The translations under genes and the position numbers were made by a program. Source: Camelus dromedarius (taxonomy: Eukaryota). From it: 64,000 nt of DNA. A model generated the notes under the pieces. The model had not been told where the DNA came from, made no database searches, and saw nothing but the letters and a program-made list of their open reading frames with translations. The DNA is taken from the NCBI RefSeq assembly GCF_036321535.1, contig NC_087436.1:92072001-92136000 (forward strand), given 5' to 3'. Of this stretch, positions 12,880-25,975 are shown in pieces; the stretch's first letter is position 1, and every line of letters starts with the position of its first letter.

Positions 12880-13175
12880 GAAATCCTGCTCATTTTGCAA
12901 AGTGCATCTCGAGTGCCTTCTCCCTCTTAGACGCTCTCCTCATTGCCCTGATGGAAATGCGTCTCTCTTCTCCTCCTTCTAAATAAATGTTGTTTTACCA
13001 TTAAGTCAGCACTTAACACAACTAGCCTAGCATGATACAGTATGTGTCCATACTCCCCCCCAAGTACACACCCGCTTAAATTTTGAACCTAGATGGCAGG
13101 GACTGTATTTAAAATCTTTGGACCCTAAATATTGAACAATACTTTGTACACAGACAGTGCTCATTGTTGAATGAC
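12880..13175 (+). mobile_element. L2 3' end
   Basis: gatggcagggactgtattt...acacagacagtgctcattgttgaatga. Confidence 0.7.
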
Positions 13176-14426
13176 TTTTCCCCTTGTTCCTTCTAGTCCT
13201 TTCAGAGCAACAACTTTTACTATAGACTGGAGGTTGTAGATCACCACTCCCACCCTGTATGGCCTATGTTCCAGAGAAAGTCAAATATTATAAAACTGCT
13301 GAAAAAAATACCCCTTTAGACATTTGTTTCTTTGTTTTCCCAAGCCCCTCAGCTGAACTTTTTGTTTATTCAACTCTTTCAAGGGAAATCATATGGGAAT
13401 ACAGTAATGTGCGTGGATCTGAGGGCTTAGTTTGGCATTCGGAAGACAGCCTGAAATCCCTCCCACCTACCCCCTCATCGGGTGCCCCCTAAGGCAAGGT
13501 CGAAGGACCCTCTAAGGCACCACAGAGAACAACTTGCTAACTGCTTATTCTGATTCAGGCTCCTCAGTCTCAGACAAGCCACTTGAGTCTAAGAGAGGTG
13601 CCAAAACTCACGGCAAACACTAAGCACTGGCCCCGGGGGCCACTGAACCTTGTTGATTTCCTGCAAGACTGGCCTTGACAACCCTGAGAGGAAGCCCGCA
13701 ATGAGCCCCTTGCTTCCGTACTTCAGGGCTCATTGCTGGACAGGTGGCTTTCTTCATTTTATTCATTCTATTCATTCTTTGAATCTAATCCAGAGAATAA
13801 ACACCATCAGGACCAAACATATGGTCAGGCCTTTAGCTTAATTTTTGTTTTTGGAGAGAGAGGCATCTTGGGCTGAGCTCAACCAAACTAGGAGTCCAAG
13901 GAGTGATTGAAAACAACACAAACCCACAACACAATGTCCATAATCCTACCTGAGCATAAGGAAGCTGGCCACTTGGCACAAGAGTTATTTACTTTGTCAA
14001 ATCCCCACGTGAGATGTTTGCTCGGTTGTAATCATATATAATATCAAGGTAACAAACTAGATGTTTATAGATAAACAGGTCCTGAGGGCTGGAAACTCTC
14101 AGAGAAAATACATGCACTTTCCTTTCATTTTTCCCAGGGAAAATATAAACGAATAGCATAAACGTTTGATTCAGGATTAGGCCTCCCAGGTAGTAAAATC
14201 TTAATTACATTTGTTTTAAGTTTTTGAATAGTCGATTTAAAACAGTTCTTCCTAATTTTTTTCTTTCCTCAAAAGGAAATCTGGATTCGAAATTTTGTTT
14301 CTAATCCATATGTTTAAGACATTTAACTTTAATCAAACACTAAAAAAAAAAAAAGGTGTATCACAAATAATTTCTTCTATTTTTATTTATTCTCTTAAAT
14401 ATTTAATATATTTTCTTATATTGTGA

Positions 14427-14440
14427 GAGCCCTCTGGTGG
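14427..14440 (-). promoter_or_regulatory. Candidate CTCF site
   Basis: CCACCAGAGGGCTC, 13/14 match to CCASYAGRKGGCRS, with an upstream-module-like TAGTACC 7 nt away. Motif evidence only. Confidence 0.55.
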
Positions 14441-15021
14441 TTGAGATGGTACTAAATCCCTACGTGCATAAGAACAGAAGTTCTTGCCAACCAGTCTTCT
14501 TTACTGAGACACTGATTTCAAGTTCTGTCAGAAATGGATGCTTACTAAAATTTCTATTAATTTTTACCTGCCCATAAAATGGTACATTAACTTATTTTTA
14601 TGTATTTTCTAGAATTAAAAAAAAAAATCTTAAATGCTTACATTAGGACTTTAAATCCAAATAAGAAAATGCTGATAATGTACAAATACATTTTCTTTTC
14701 AGTCAGCTTGAGAATAATTAGCAATCCACATCTAAATTGAGATGTAGGTAAATCGGCCCCTGGAGATCTCTATTAGGTGACATGTTCTATATCTTCTTTT
14801 AACTTGCAGCCAGGTTGCAAATAGACACAAGTATTTTGTACTTTTATAGTGTCCAAAGGGCCAAATTTAAGACTCAGGTTTTGACATATGCAAATAATTA
14901 AACCATGGACCTACCAGACACCTTATCAGTATCCTGCCACACAGAAAATTACAGCAGGAAAAACAAAGTGGCAAACTCTTGGGCAAATGTGACAATGGAT
15001 TTAAATTTGTAAAATGAAAGC

Positions 15022-15622
15022 TGTAACTGAGCAGGACCCTATGAGGACTTTCTGGGACAGACTCTCACCATGCCTCTGCCTGCCTCTGGTTTATAGAAAA
15101 AATGTCCTCAGTTAGGCCTTTCCTGAGTTCCAAAGGGCAAATTTAATCAGTCAGAGAAGTGAGAATATGAAGAAACAAACCATCAAGCTAGACAAAATAA
15201 TAATAGTTTAGCCTAATACAAAATCAAGGACCTTTAGATCCTCCTCAGTCTATAGATAATATCCTGAGCCATGTCCTTAAGCTATTTTGCAGATACTGAA
15301 ACCCCTACTAGGTGGAAGAAGCTAACTGCCTGTTGACCACAAGCATGTAGACCCCAGAGCAGTTGGAACCAGAAGATTGATGATGTTGACTCCCAAAATA
15401 CCAGAGTTCCCTCACCACCAACCAATCAGAAGGATGTCTACAAGCTGATCAGGCACCCTGAGACCTCCCTGAAAGCCACTGGAGAGGTCTTTGAAGAATT
15501 AGCTGCCTGTACTCCTTGCTTGGCCTTGCAATAAACACTGCACCTCCCTTCACCACAACCTGGTGTCAATAGATTGGCTTTACTGCACACAGGTAAGTGG
15601 ACCCAAGTTTGGCTCAGTAACG
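15022..15622 (+). mobile_element. ERV1-class solo LTR
   Basis: Imperfect terminal inverted repeat tgtaactgagc...gctcagtaacg, near-TSD aagc/aatc, CCAAT box (aaccaatcag) and AATAAA near 15530. Confidence 0.85.
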
Positions 15623-16234
15623 AATCCAGGGTATATATTAAGGAAAGACTGTATGGGTGAAGCTATCCCTTGGGCCTGTAATTTAGGAATACTTAGTGCC
15701 AGCATATCTCAAGAGTTCCTTCTCTTTAATTGACTCTAAATGTGGGCATGAAAGTTGAATTGTGCATAAACAGGTTTCAAGGCACTTACTACTATATGAC
15801 TTTTCATGTCATTGAATTAACTTCAGCACGCAAAATATGAGATGAAGAAATTGTAATCATGGTCCTTCTACATTTCTTCTGTGAGAATAAGTGACAGACA
15901 AACACATCTGTTACGTGAAAGGCAAAGATTTAGTCCACAGACCAAGAACATCACAAGATACTAGTGGTGATACTACAGGATTACCAAAGTGACAGGATGG
16001 GGGTGTGTGACTCTGGAAATTTGAAGGGTGTTTAGAACTTTGATTTAGTCCCACACAGCTGTGCTTGAGTGCCAACTGTTCTACAAACATTTTGTGGGCA
16101 CATGAAGTGCTAGAAGCATAACCAAATTTATTAAATCGAAAGTATGCAATCCTCCAACATGAAAATGTCAGTGAATACACGTGACTCAGGCAAAAAGCCA
16201 GGATTAGATGATGCTGAAGTTCTGCACTTTGATA

Positions 16235-16665
16235 GATTGCTGGGGTAACTGCCATCAATTTGTTCATGCCTCATTCTATGTGCACACTTTACAACATGGT
16301 GTGGGTGGTCCTGCCATCAATGGTTTCTCTCCATTTTGAACCTGGATCTGACCACATCACCTGCTCTGGTCAACAGGACAAAATCAAACAGGAAATGTGC
16401 TTGACCATTGGGGCTTGGCTTCTTCATTGCTAGAAATCCCACTGCCACCATTTAGCATGCCTCAGCTAGTCTGCTAGAGAAGAGGAAATCTGAGAAGCCA
16501 ATTTCCAGATATGTGACTGAGGTGACCCTAGACCATACATCTCTAACCAAGCCACTAGCAGACCACAATTCAGCCAAGCCCAGCCAGCACTGCAGTCTAC
16601 AAAATAATTGTTTAAAGCCACTCACTTTTGGGGTGGTTTGTTGCATAGCAAAAGGTAACTGATAC
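16235..16665 (+). mobile_element. MaLR solo LTR (MLT1G/H-like)
   Basis: 3' end tgtttaaagccactcacttttggggtggtttgttgcatagcaaaaggtaactgataca is a typical MLT1 terminus. Confidence 0.8.
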
Positions 16666-16886
16666 AGCTACTTTCATCAAGAGCCCAAACTCTGACTGTG
16701 TTTTGTTCCAGTCCATGGCCATATTTCTCTGGAGATGGAAGTTTGAGACATTTGGTAACTTTTTTGCTTCCTGATCTAAGGAATGATACTAGCACCAAAA
16801 TGAATTGCTTACAGAAAGAGAGGGACAGTCATCAAAAATCATGGGCTACATTTCACCAAAAACTTTTATTGCTTGTGTTCTTGATT

Positions 16887-16899
16887 ATTGCCTAGCAAC
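16887..16899. promoter_or_regulatory. Candidate RFX X-box
   Basis: ATTGCCTAGCAAC, one mismatch from the canonical RFX1/EF-C site GTTGCCTAGCAAC. Motif evidence only. Confidence 0.4.
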
Positions 16900-17009
16900 C
16901 ACACACCCATGTAAAAGAGGTCTTGGGACCTAGTAAAATGCATAAGAAAAACACAAGAGTGTTAGGAGTTTGAGAAATAAGTCACATGAAAGTTACATGA
17001 GACTTTAAA

Positions 17010-17580
17010 CTAGCTTCAGACTCAGTATGATCAATTGTATGATACAGATGTTTAAAGAAAATCTAGGCTTCATTATTAGAGGAATAGAGGTCTTATTCAA
17101 GGAGGTAATTACCTAGAAGATTGATTCTAGTTTTGGATGCTGCACTTAAAGACCAGAATCTATCCTAAGGAGAATAATTATGATGTGGAAGCTCCTAAAA
17201 ACATGAGATGAGAGTAAGTGTTAGAGGAACCGTGGAGAAAATGTGCCAACATTTTTGTACAAGAAGTTTCACTTACGAGGATGAGAGAACAGTTTTAACT
17301 TGTATTAACAGTTTTAACTTTAGGTAGAAGAACTAAAGCTAAAGGGTGAAGGAAGTTAGAGGCAGGTTTGTTCTCAACATGAGAAAGAACTTTCTAATAT
17401 TTACAGGAGTACTACAATAAAATAGGTTGGCTTGAACAGTAATGAAGTTGTTGTCACTGAGTGTGTTCAAAGATTGTTCATCTTTGCCCAGAGATATGGT
17501 AGAAAGAACTCTTACACTAAGAGAGAGGAATATTAGACAAGATGACATCTAAGCTTCCTTCCACATCCAAGATTCTGTGC
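17010..17580 (+). mobile_element. CR1/L3 LINE 3' portion
   Basis: gaggcaggtttgttctcaacatgagaaagaactttctaa...gtcactgagtgtgttcaa...cttccttccacatccaagattctgtg. Confidence 0.8.
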
Positions 17581-18479
17581 TCTTGTATGAAACTTCTGTG
17601 TGCATCTGTCTACCACATTTGTCTTTACAAAAACTAATAATTAAGCAGATCTTCTGCATCTTAATAGTTGTCTTACTACTGTCCTAACTTGGTCTTGATA
17701 TGAAAGGATATGAGAGAGGGGAGTTGCTAATACAATGATGTAAGAAATTTACCTCCTTCACTCTACTTCTACCTTGAGCACACATGTTAAATTTATCAGC
17801 TTTGTTCTAGAAATTAAGACCAAATCAGATATCATCTATTCGCATTTTAATATAATGAAATTCATTCCAAGTTGAATAAAGTTAAAATTAGATTTACCAT
17901 TAAAAAGAGAGAGGGAGGAAAAATCAAAGTTTCATATTGTAAGGGAAAAATAATCACAGTATAGTGTCTTATACATAAGTCTCACTTCATTTCAAGGGGA
18001 AATAAGTATATTGTTAATAAATTTTAAATCTCATAAGTTATAAACTTATTAATATGTTCAAATAGCATTGTTAATTAAAATATTAGGAATTGATATGGTA
18101 TTAAAATTTTAAATAACACTATTTAAATACTTATGTTTAAATTCATGGTAAAGCATCATGAGTGTTGATGGAATAGCTCTAATAGCCCATGTATCAGCTC
18201 ACATGAAACTGGTATGTGAAACATGACCTTGATACTTGCTTCATATTAAAAGTACTGCCACTATGCAGAGTTCAAATACTGTGTAGCATCCGCCCCCCCA
18301 GAGCAGGGAACTTAGACATTAATGTGTGAAGGTGGACTCAGAATAATACTCTGCACCTTTTCTCCTCTCAGGACCTAGTGATCCAACCCTATCTTAATAC
18401 TGTTTATTCTCTCTATTTCTTTTCACCTATAGACCCTAAATGTAAGCATTCTCTAAAGCTCTTGCTTTAAATATATTAG

Positions 18480-19890
18480 CAAGAATTACTTATTGTGCAC
18501 CATGTTCCAGGCCTTGTGAGTTTTTATGCTTTATCCCATTTAATTCTTAAAACATCCCGTCATAGGTATTTTATTATCTTCATCTTAGAGAGATTGAGTA
18601 ACTTGACTGACATCCATGCCAGTAAGACAAGGAGCTTACTCTTCCATCCAGATGTCTGCTTCCACATAGCTCTGCTACTTTCAGGAGGAGCTCCCAAAAT
18701 GTGGAAATTGAGGTTCCATAGGATATGCTGTAAATCTCGCCAAGTGACTAGATACGAGAAACAAACAGAAAGATGATGGAGTCAAAGAAAACTGAGATTT
18801 AGAGTCTGAGTGATGGGGAATTGTGGGATCATCAATCAAAGCTGGAGAACTGGAATAAGAAACTAAAAATGAAGAATTTTTCTGCTATAATTTTTAATGT
18901 TGAAGTAGAATATCTGTAAAAAATTAACATTAACAAAATTATAGCTGTAAATAGACCTGAAGACTGGAAAAAGTGAAAGATAATAATGGATGTGAAAAAG
19001 AGGGAACAGGAGACAGCAATGAAACTTCTGTTTGGGAGAAATTAGAAAACATTTTTTAAAGCCGTTGGTTATGTGGACCACAATAGAAAACAAACAAGAT
19101 ACTATTAGGAGTGTTAGATAATGGGCCTAGATGACGTCGATAATACAACTTTGTTGTAGACTTCTTTGCTATTATTCTGACATTTTCTCCAGCCCTTGGT
19201 GTGCTGGAAAAAGAGAGAAAAAAAAAACAAAAAACAAAAACAGTGGGAGTTGTACAGGACTGAGAACTGATAAATGTGGAAAGTCAGCAGAGCTTGTCCA
19301 GCAAGTGATAACAAACTGGATATTATTATATTCCTGAACACAGTGAGGTAGGGAAACAAGTGAAACCAAAATTGTGACTATAAGTAGAGAGAAATGGAAA
19401 GGGGGAATGGATAAACAATGCCAGTGATGACGGAGAGAGTTCAACAGAGGGACAGAGGGGAAGGACTGAAGGACAGAAAGTGGAGGTCAGAGCAGGACAT
19501 TGCTAAGTGAAAGATCCTGAAAGTGGAGTGTTTTAAAGTGAGGAAGCAATTCCAGATGTGAATGCACTGCTAACGAGTGGAGTTGAAAGCTATTGGAGAC
19601 AAGGGTTAAGGACCTTTATGGCTCAGTTTTTAAAAGTTCAAACTCTAGAGCCAGACATTCTTACGTTTGAATCCTGGCTGTGCCACCTGTGATCTGAAGG
19701 TATTTAAAGGGTTTCCTAACTTCTCTAAGTTTCTTAACTTTTCTAACAAACTTTGGGGTGAGAGAGATAAGAGTGGTACTATTTACATTTTTATTTTAAA
19801 ATTTTACATTTTAAAGTGTGTCAAACGCTTAGCAGAGTTTATCATCCAAGTTAGATTTTACTATCATTGTCATTATTGTTGTTGTTAAAA
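18480..19890. mobile_element. Cluster of MIR (-), decayed L2 (-) and MIR (+)
   Basis: MIR motifs at about 18480-18680 and 19620-19890 (ctctagagccagac...tttgaatcctggctgtgccac); purine-rich L2-like sequence in between. Confidence 0.6.
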
Positions 19891-20829
19891 ACTATCCTCA
19901 GTTATTCAGGGAAAAAAGGACAAGGAAGCAATCACATGACAAAGTATTTCTTAATTTAAATTCCAAGAACCTGCCTTAAAGTGTAAATTTCAACCACCCC
20001 CAACCAACTCCATACTGTCTGAAGTAGAGTGAACAGGTCAGGAGCAAACATTTCATGACTTTGAACAAGGAAACTTGAAGGTTGAACATTTATTGTGTCT
20101 ATTACCAAGTAAGATCCAAGAGAAAAAGGTAGGTTTGAATGCTCAGGGGATCCTTCTCTCACCCACACCTCTGATGAAATTGTTAACGATCAAGGAAATG
20201 ACCAAAAAGATGACTTCCAAAGAAAAAGGAAGAGAAGATAAAGATCTAAAATTCATCTATTCCACAATTAAATGCCAAAAAATCCAAATAAGACATGACA
20301 GTAATTACTTGTAATGAAGTGGGTTATTTACCAGATAAAATACTCAAAGACAACTAAGAAGTGGGGTTCATTTTAGTAGGCCATCTCCAAAGTTCTCCTT
20401 TTAAAGAAAAGTTAATTGCCTAGGGATAAATTCTCAGAAAGCCCTGATACTGTAAAGAAGATTGTCTATACATGTACAGTGGGAAGGTCTACAGCTTTCA
20501 GCAGATTTGCAAAGAAGCATAAGACTCCAACATTTAAAAACCACTTCTCACAAGTATATGGTAACCATTTTCAGGAGGTTTAAAACAGAATAGTTTCAAG
20601 ACCTAACAAAGATTTACGCTGATGGTTTATGACAATAGTTGTTATTTCATATAACACACTCTCATAAAGAAACACCAAATTTACCTGCTAGACTTCCCAC
20701 CGTCTCTGCAACCCTCATTAACAGAGTGAATACTAGGGAGCTGTCTGATTCAAGGAAATAGTTAGTGTAAAACACACACAGCTTAAAGGAGCTTATTCTA
20801 GTCAACTTCTCATAAACAGTCTTGTTTAG

Positions 20830-21330
20830 TGTGGCAGACACTAACTTCTTACCCAATATCCATGATCACTCTTTGCTTCTAAGAAAGATTTGCTTGTTTT
20901 TCTTTTCAACACATCATTGTGTTCCTCTGGAAGATCACAATTCCCAGCCTACTTTGCAAAAAAGGTGAACAATAAAATACAAAGTTGGGTGAGATTTCTA
21001 GGAGAACTGTTTAAAAGGCACCCCTTTAGCTAGGATTTGAACTTCTCTTTTTTCCTTTTCTTTCTCAGTCCTACCCTGCCGGGAATGCAGGCATGGTGTC
21101 AAGACTTTCAACAACCGTCTTGAATCATTAGGAGATCTTAAAGATAAAAGACGTGTGCTAAGAACTATAAAATGGAAAGTGGCCCTAGGTGACATCATGG
21201 AACTTTATACCCTCCCAGGAGCAGCTTCCTATACATTTTCTATGTGAGAAAAAAACAATTTTTAAGGCTTCAGGGATTTCTGTTGTTTGTTTAGGGACAT
21301 TTTTGTAGAAAGGAATCATTTTTATTCAGA
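20830..21330 (+). mobile_element. Old MaLR solo LTR (MLT1J/K-like)
   Basis: tgtggcagacact start; caattcccagcctactttgc; ccctaggtgacatcatggaac. Confidence 0.7.
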
Positions 21331-21399
21331 AAAAAATGTAATTCATAAATACCATGGGCATTCAGCCCCCAAATTTCACTTTACTTTGTTAAATTACCT

Positions 21400-23350
21400 A
21401 AAAGTGGACTAACTGATGGTTCATTTTGATAAATTGTGATGATTTTAATGGATTGTTTGCATGATATTGAACATTAGGCAATGAAGAACTATGATCTTTG
21501 AGAGGCAGGAAGTAAATGAAGTGAGTTCTACAGTTTCCCAGGTTACTATCATGATAGCTTTTCCAAACTATATACAGGAAAGGGGAATTTAAGCAGAGCC
21601 TGGTAGGTTCCCTGAGTTGAGGCAATAGACCTGAGAGCCCAGAAAGCTAAGGTGGCTAGAGTTCATAGGACAGAGGTCCAGGGGGTAAAGAGCTTCACAG
21701 AGAACTCTGGAGCTGGGCAGTGGGACCAGCTTGTATTCAGTAGAGTAACAATCAGTAGACACATGTGAGGAAACTACTCAAGGCCAGGAAAAGAACCACC
21801 TGAAAAGATTAAAAGGGACAGTGTCTGGGGATGGGCCTGGGAATAGTGCCTGTTCCCACCAGCCAGACTGGAAAACCTTAAAATTCATGGGGCATTGGGT
21901 AAAGTTATCAAAAGGTCATGTCCCCATAATTGGGAATAATTAGCTTTGGAACACTATTCCAGCCCTACCTAGAAAATCTTAATAACAAACCCCAAATAGC
22001 AAACTATTCCAAGTAACTTAACTACATCCCAGTGAAAAGCTAAAGAATATTTATAGGAATACAAAAATATCCCAACAAGGAATATTTTTATCCAACCAGG
22101 TATTTGGAATCCAATCAAAAATTACCAGGCAGGCAGAGAAGCAGAAACAGGATTCATAATGCATAGAAAAACCAATCAACTGAAAACAACCCAGAACTGA
22201 CTCAGATAATGGAACTGTCAGACAAGGAGATTAAAAGTTATTATATCATCAAAAAGCTAGAAGAAATATTGAATATGTTTACGTAGAGACACAGAAAATA
22301 CGTTTTTTTTTAAAAGAAATTAAATGTCTAAAGACAAAAATTACAATGTCTGAGATAAAAAATAGACTGGATGGGATTAACAGAAGATTGGACCTTATAT
22401 AAGAAAAGATTAGGGATTCAGGAGACATAGCAATAGAGACTATCCAAAAAGAAATGAAGTGAGCGATGCAGCTACTTCAAGCAGGCTGAAATGCATGTAA
22501 TTAAAGCCTCTGAAAAGAAGAGAAAAAAGGGAAAATACAAATAATGCTTTTTAAAAGGCTGAAAGTTTTTCAAATTTGATAAAAACTATTATCCAAGAAT
22601 CTCAATGAACCCCAAACAAAAGAAACATGAAGAAAAGTACACCAAGACATATCATAATTGAGTTTCTCAAATCTGGTGATAAAAAGAAAATCTTAAAAGC
22701 AGCTGAGAGATTAGGGGTGGCAGAGAAGACATGTTATATACAGAGAAACAAAGATAAAGATGATGATACTTTTTTTATTACAAGTAATGCTAGTGAGAAA
22801 ATAAAGGGGCAACATCTCTGAAGTTCTGAAAGAAAAAAAAAAATCTTTTAACTTAGCATTCTATACCCAGCAAAAATATCTCTTAAAAATAAACATGAAA
22901 CAGAAACTTTTCAGATAGTAAATGGTGAAAGAATTCATCCACAGCAGACCCACACTACAAAAGTCCTTCACATAAAAGAAAAATGTCAAAATGGATATAA
23001 TGCTCTACATCAAGGATTAAAGAGAACCAGAAATTAAAATTGCAGCGGACAGAGTACTTCCAGACTCACTTGATGAGGTCATCACTATCCTGATACCAAA
23101 ACCAAAGGCATTAGAAGAATAGAAAACTATATTGACAAAAACATCAATGTTTGCCAGGAGACTGAGGCTGGAGGAAGGGACTGACTGCTGAAAGGCACGA
23201 GGAATATTTGGGGGCTTATGAAAATGCTCTATGTCTTGAATGTACTGGCAGATTCATGTGTGTACATGCCTGTCAAAACTCATCAAATTACAGAATGTAA
23301 ATGTGTACATTTCATTATATGTAATTTATACCTCAATAAAGCTGAATAAA
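21400..23350 (+). mobile_element. Old L1 (L1MC/MD-like): 5' UTR, decayed ORF1, short ORF2 remnant and 3' terminus
   Basis: Track ORF 22627..22821 (KSTPRHIIIEFLKSGDKKKILKAA) is an L1 ORF1p motif. 23050-23130 encodes an ITILIPKP-like ORF2 motif. 23135-23350 ends gtcaaaactcatcaaatt...tatacctcaataaag. Confidence 0.85.
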
Positions 23351-23378
23351 ACAGAATGAAATAAATGAAAACAGCATA

Positions 23379-23830
23379 TCTGGCAGATCCTATGGTTTGT
23401 CTCACTCAGTAATCAATCCAATCTCTTTCTAGAATGTCTTCCTGTGCTATAGAATGTATAGCAATGTATAGAGGCTAGAAACTGAAAAAGCACATTTCCC
23501 ATTTTCCCTCACTGCTTTCACACATGACTTATTTAGTAACCACAAGCAGATACATTTACTCAAAGACTTTAGCTAGGAATAGAATTTTGTAGAAAGAAAG
23601 GCAGAAAACAAATCATCAATTTTGCTGGTGTGGACCACAGCAAAGACAGCAAGTTACTGGAGCTGACCATATCCAGACTGCGGCAGAGGCTTCCTGGATG
23701 GTCCATTTCTGCAGAGAAGTTTTGCGAGTAGCCCCTAGAAACATGCCCAGAGTCTATATTTCTAGTGTGTAAACTAGCTATGCTCAATAATAATTCCTTC
23801 ATTCTTAAATTGAATAAAACACTACTTTAA
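23379..23830 (+). mobile_element. ERVL solo LTR, LTR33-like
   Basis: tggcagatcctatggtttgtctcactcag...agaggctagaaactgaaaaagcacatttccc resembles the LTR33 5' end. Confidence 0.65.
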
Positions 23831-24746
23831 ATAGATATAGAATTACCAAGCGGTCTCAACTCAAAGCAGCTAGTTTAAGAGACCCCATTACATCAACAGC
23901 CTTTCCATTCCTCTCTCTGTTCCCAGAGTCCCCACTTAGATTCATTCTAAATGTTTTACAGTTCAGGTCCAGTGTGGATTTTGTGGGTTCCAACCGTAGT
24001 TTTATGACTGGTCCAGAATCAAGACACTATTTCTAACTCATTTCCTACTGGAATTTCTAAGATAATTTATGTCCAAACTGTTGGAACACAATCTTTCTGT
24101 GTAAAGAAGGTTTTCTGATGCCAAAAGAGCAGGACACTTGCCCCAAGCAAGTTCCAAGCTGAACTTGCTCCTACGCCCTCCCCGGCTCCCCCACTGAGCA
24201 TCCCAGGGCAGTGTATATTTGTTTTCTAAAGTAATTTCTTTCCCTTGACTATTTCATCGCTTCCATCTTCAGTTCTGAGTTTGACCGGGGAAGAGAATCA
24301 TCAGGCAAAAAGAGCTCAGTATCCTTGTCAATCCTTTCATCCTTGCCCATGGAGCCCTGTTACTTTCTGTTCAATAACTAAATTCCCTTCTCACCACCCA
24401 CCCTGGGTCTGATAGCAGTGATGGCAGTGAAACAAGGGAGCTGCGAAATGTTCTCAGCCTCTCCCCATCCCATCTCACTGTCTCCCACACTCTGCCTCCA
24501 TATGCCTCTGTGTATGTCTCTGTCTACTTTGTTCTCTGGCCCGTTCTGTTTCTCTCTCTCCATCCTTAAAGACAGCTGTATTTGTGCAGATGATTCACAC
24601 ATCTTGATTTTTTTCACTCATTTAAATTTAAACTCAATCAAATGGTTTCAAGTGACTGTTTAAAACAGTACAGATGTTAAGGAAACTACCAGCATCAGCT
24701 TCTTTCTCTACCTCCCTAAAAGTTATGCTTCACCACGTGCCAAAAC

Positions 24747-24760
24747 CCAGCAGAGGGCAT
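24747..24760 (+). promoter_or_regulatory. Candidate CTCF site
   Basis: CCAGCAGAGGGCAT, 13/14 match to the consensus. Motif evidence only. Confidence 0.45.
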
Positions 24761-25409
24761 CCTTCCATTTCAGATGCATGAATCCTGCAGGGAAAAAGCT
24801 CTTCAATCCCAGCAATGTATTTGTTCTCGAGTGCTTGCCTCTATTTTGAATTTAGAAGAAAAATCTCCTTCTCTAAGAATAAGAAAGAAAAAACCTCTGT
24901 CTCTGGACTCTCCAGATTTGGGGCATTAGCTTCAAATTTCAGATGCAACAAGGTAGCACCTGTGTGATTCTTCTGCCTCTAGGCTGCTATGTGTGTAAAT
25001 AAAGTACTCACAGAGAAAAAGCAACTGTGAAAGAACTCTAGCTCCTTTGTCTGTTGCATGCTCCCTCTACCCCCGAAACTGGAAGACAAATAGCAGGAAA
25101 GGCACTGCAGCCTGTTAGACTGAGAATTAGGAAGATGAGCGTGGTCAAAGGTGATGTAGACAGAGGGGTCAAACTTACCCTTGTACAAGTAAGCAGTCGC
25201 CTACTAAGTTTAATTGTGCAGTTTCACAGAACCCAAAATTCCACACTGAGAAATACCTTACATGGTCAGAAGAATTTTTCCCGAGTTAAAATGCAAATAC
25301 CCACAACCCTTATTGGTGATTTTCTCCCTGGTGTGGATGAGTTTATCAGATTGTTTCCTTATGGAAGAAGGTCTTAGGGAGAGAAGGAAGGATTATGGAG
25401 ACAATACAG

Positions 25410-25975
25410 CAACATTCTTACATCCATTCAATGTATGTTTCTAACAACTTTGTGCCAAACCCTGTTCTAGGTGCTAAGAACAGATCAGCAAACAAACTAG
25501 CAAAGATGGCTTTCCTTGAGGTGGTGTGCCAAAGCACAAGGATTTGGGAAGTCGGACAAACCTGGCCTTGGACAAAGGAATTCATGCTCTCTTTTTCAAA
25601 TCAGGGACAGTAATTGTTACTATTTATTAAAAGCATACTTTGTTCCAGGCAAGGGAACTGATCACTTCTCTATATTATATATATATCATAAAATCCTCAC
25701 AATTAGCCTGAAGAAAGTTCTATTATCGTTCTCATTTTACAAATGAGGAAACCAGACGCAGAGCGATTTATAAATTGCCCAGAATCAGCGAGAAGTATCA
25801 GAGCAGGAATTTAAAAAACGCTGCCTAACTCCAAGGCTGTCTTGCCTCTTAAACAATGTGCCAGCATTGACTTCTAGGGCTAGCCTGCAGATTAGATGAG
25901 ATGACACGTGTAAACTGAGAGTGCAGTATAGTATTTTTTTAATTTGTTTATTTCTTTGTCATTACTATCACTGCC
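25410..25975. mobile_element. L2 3' end (-) and nested MIR fragments
   Basis: tgtgccaaaccctgttctaggtgct (L2); aatcctcacaat...cattttacaaatgaggaaacc (MIR core, minus strand). Confidence 0.7.

Noticed and set aside
24146..24169. 9-bp inverted repeat agcaagttc/gaacttgct
   Set aside because: Short enough to occur by chance in 64 kb.
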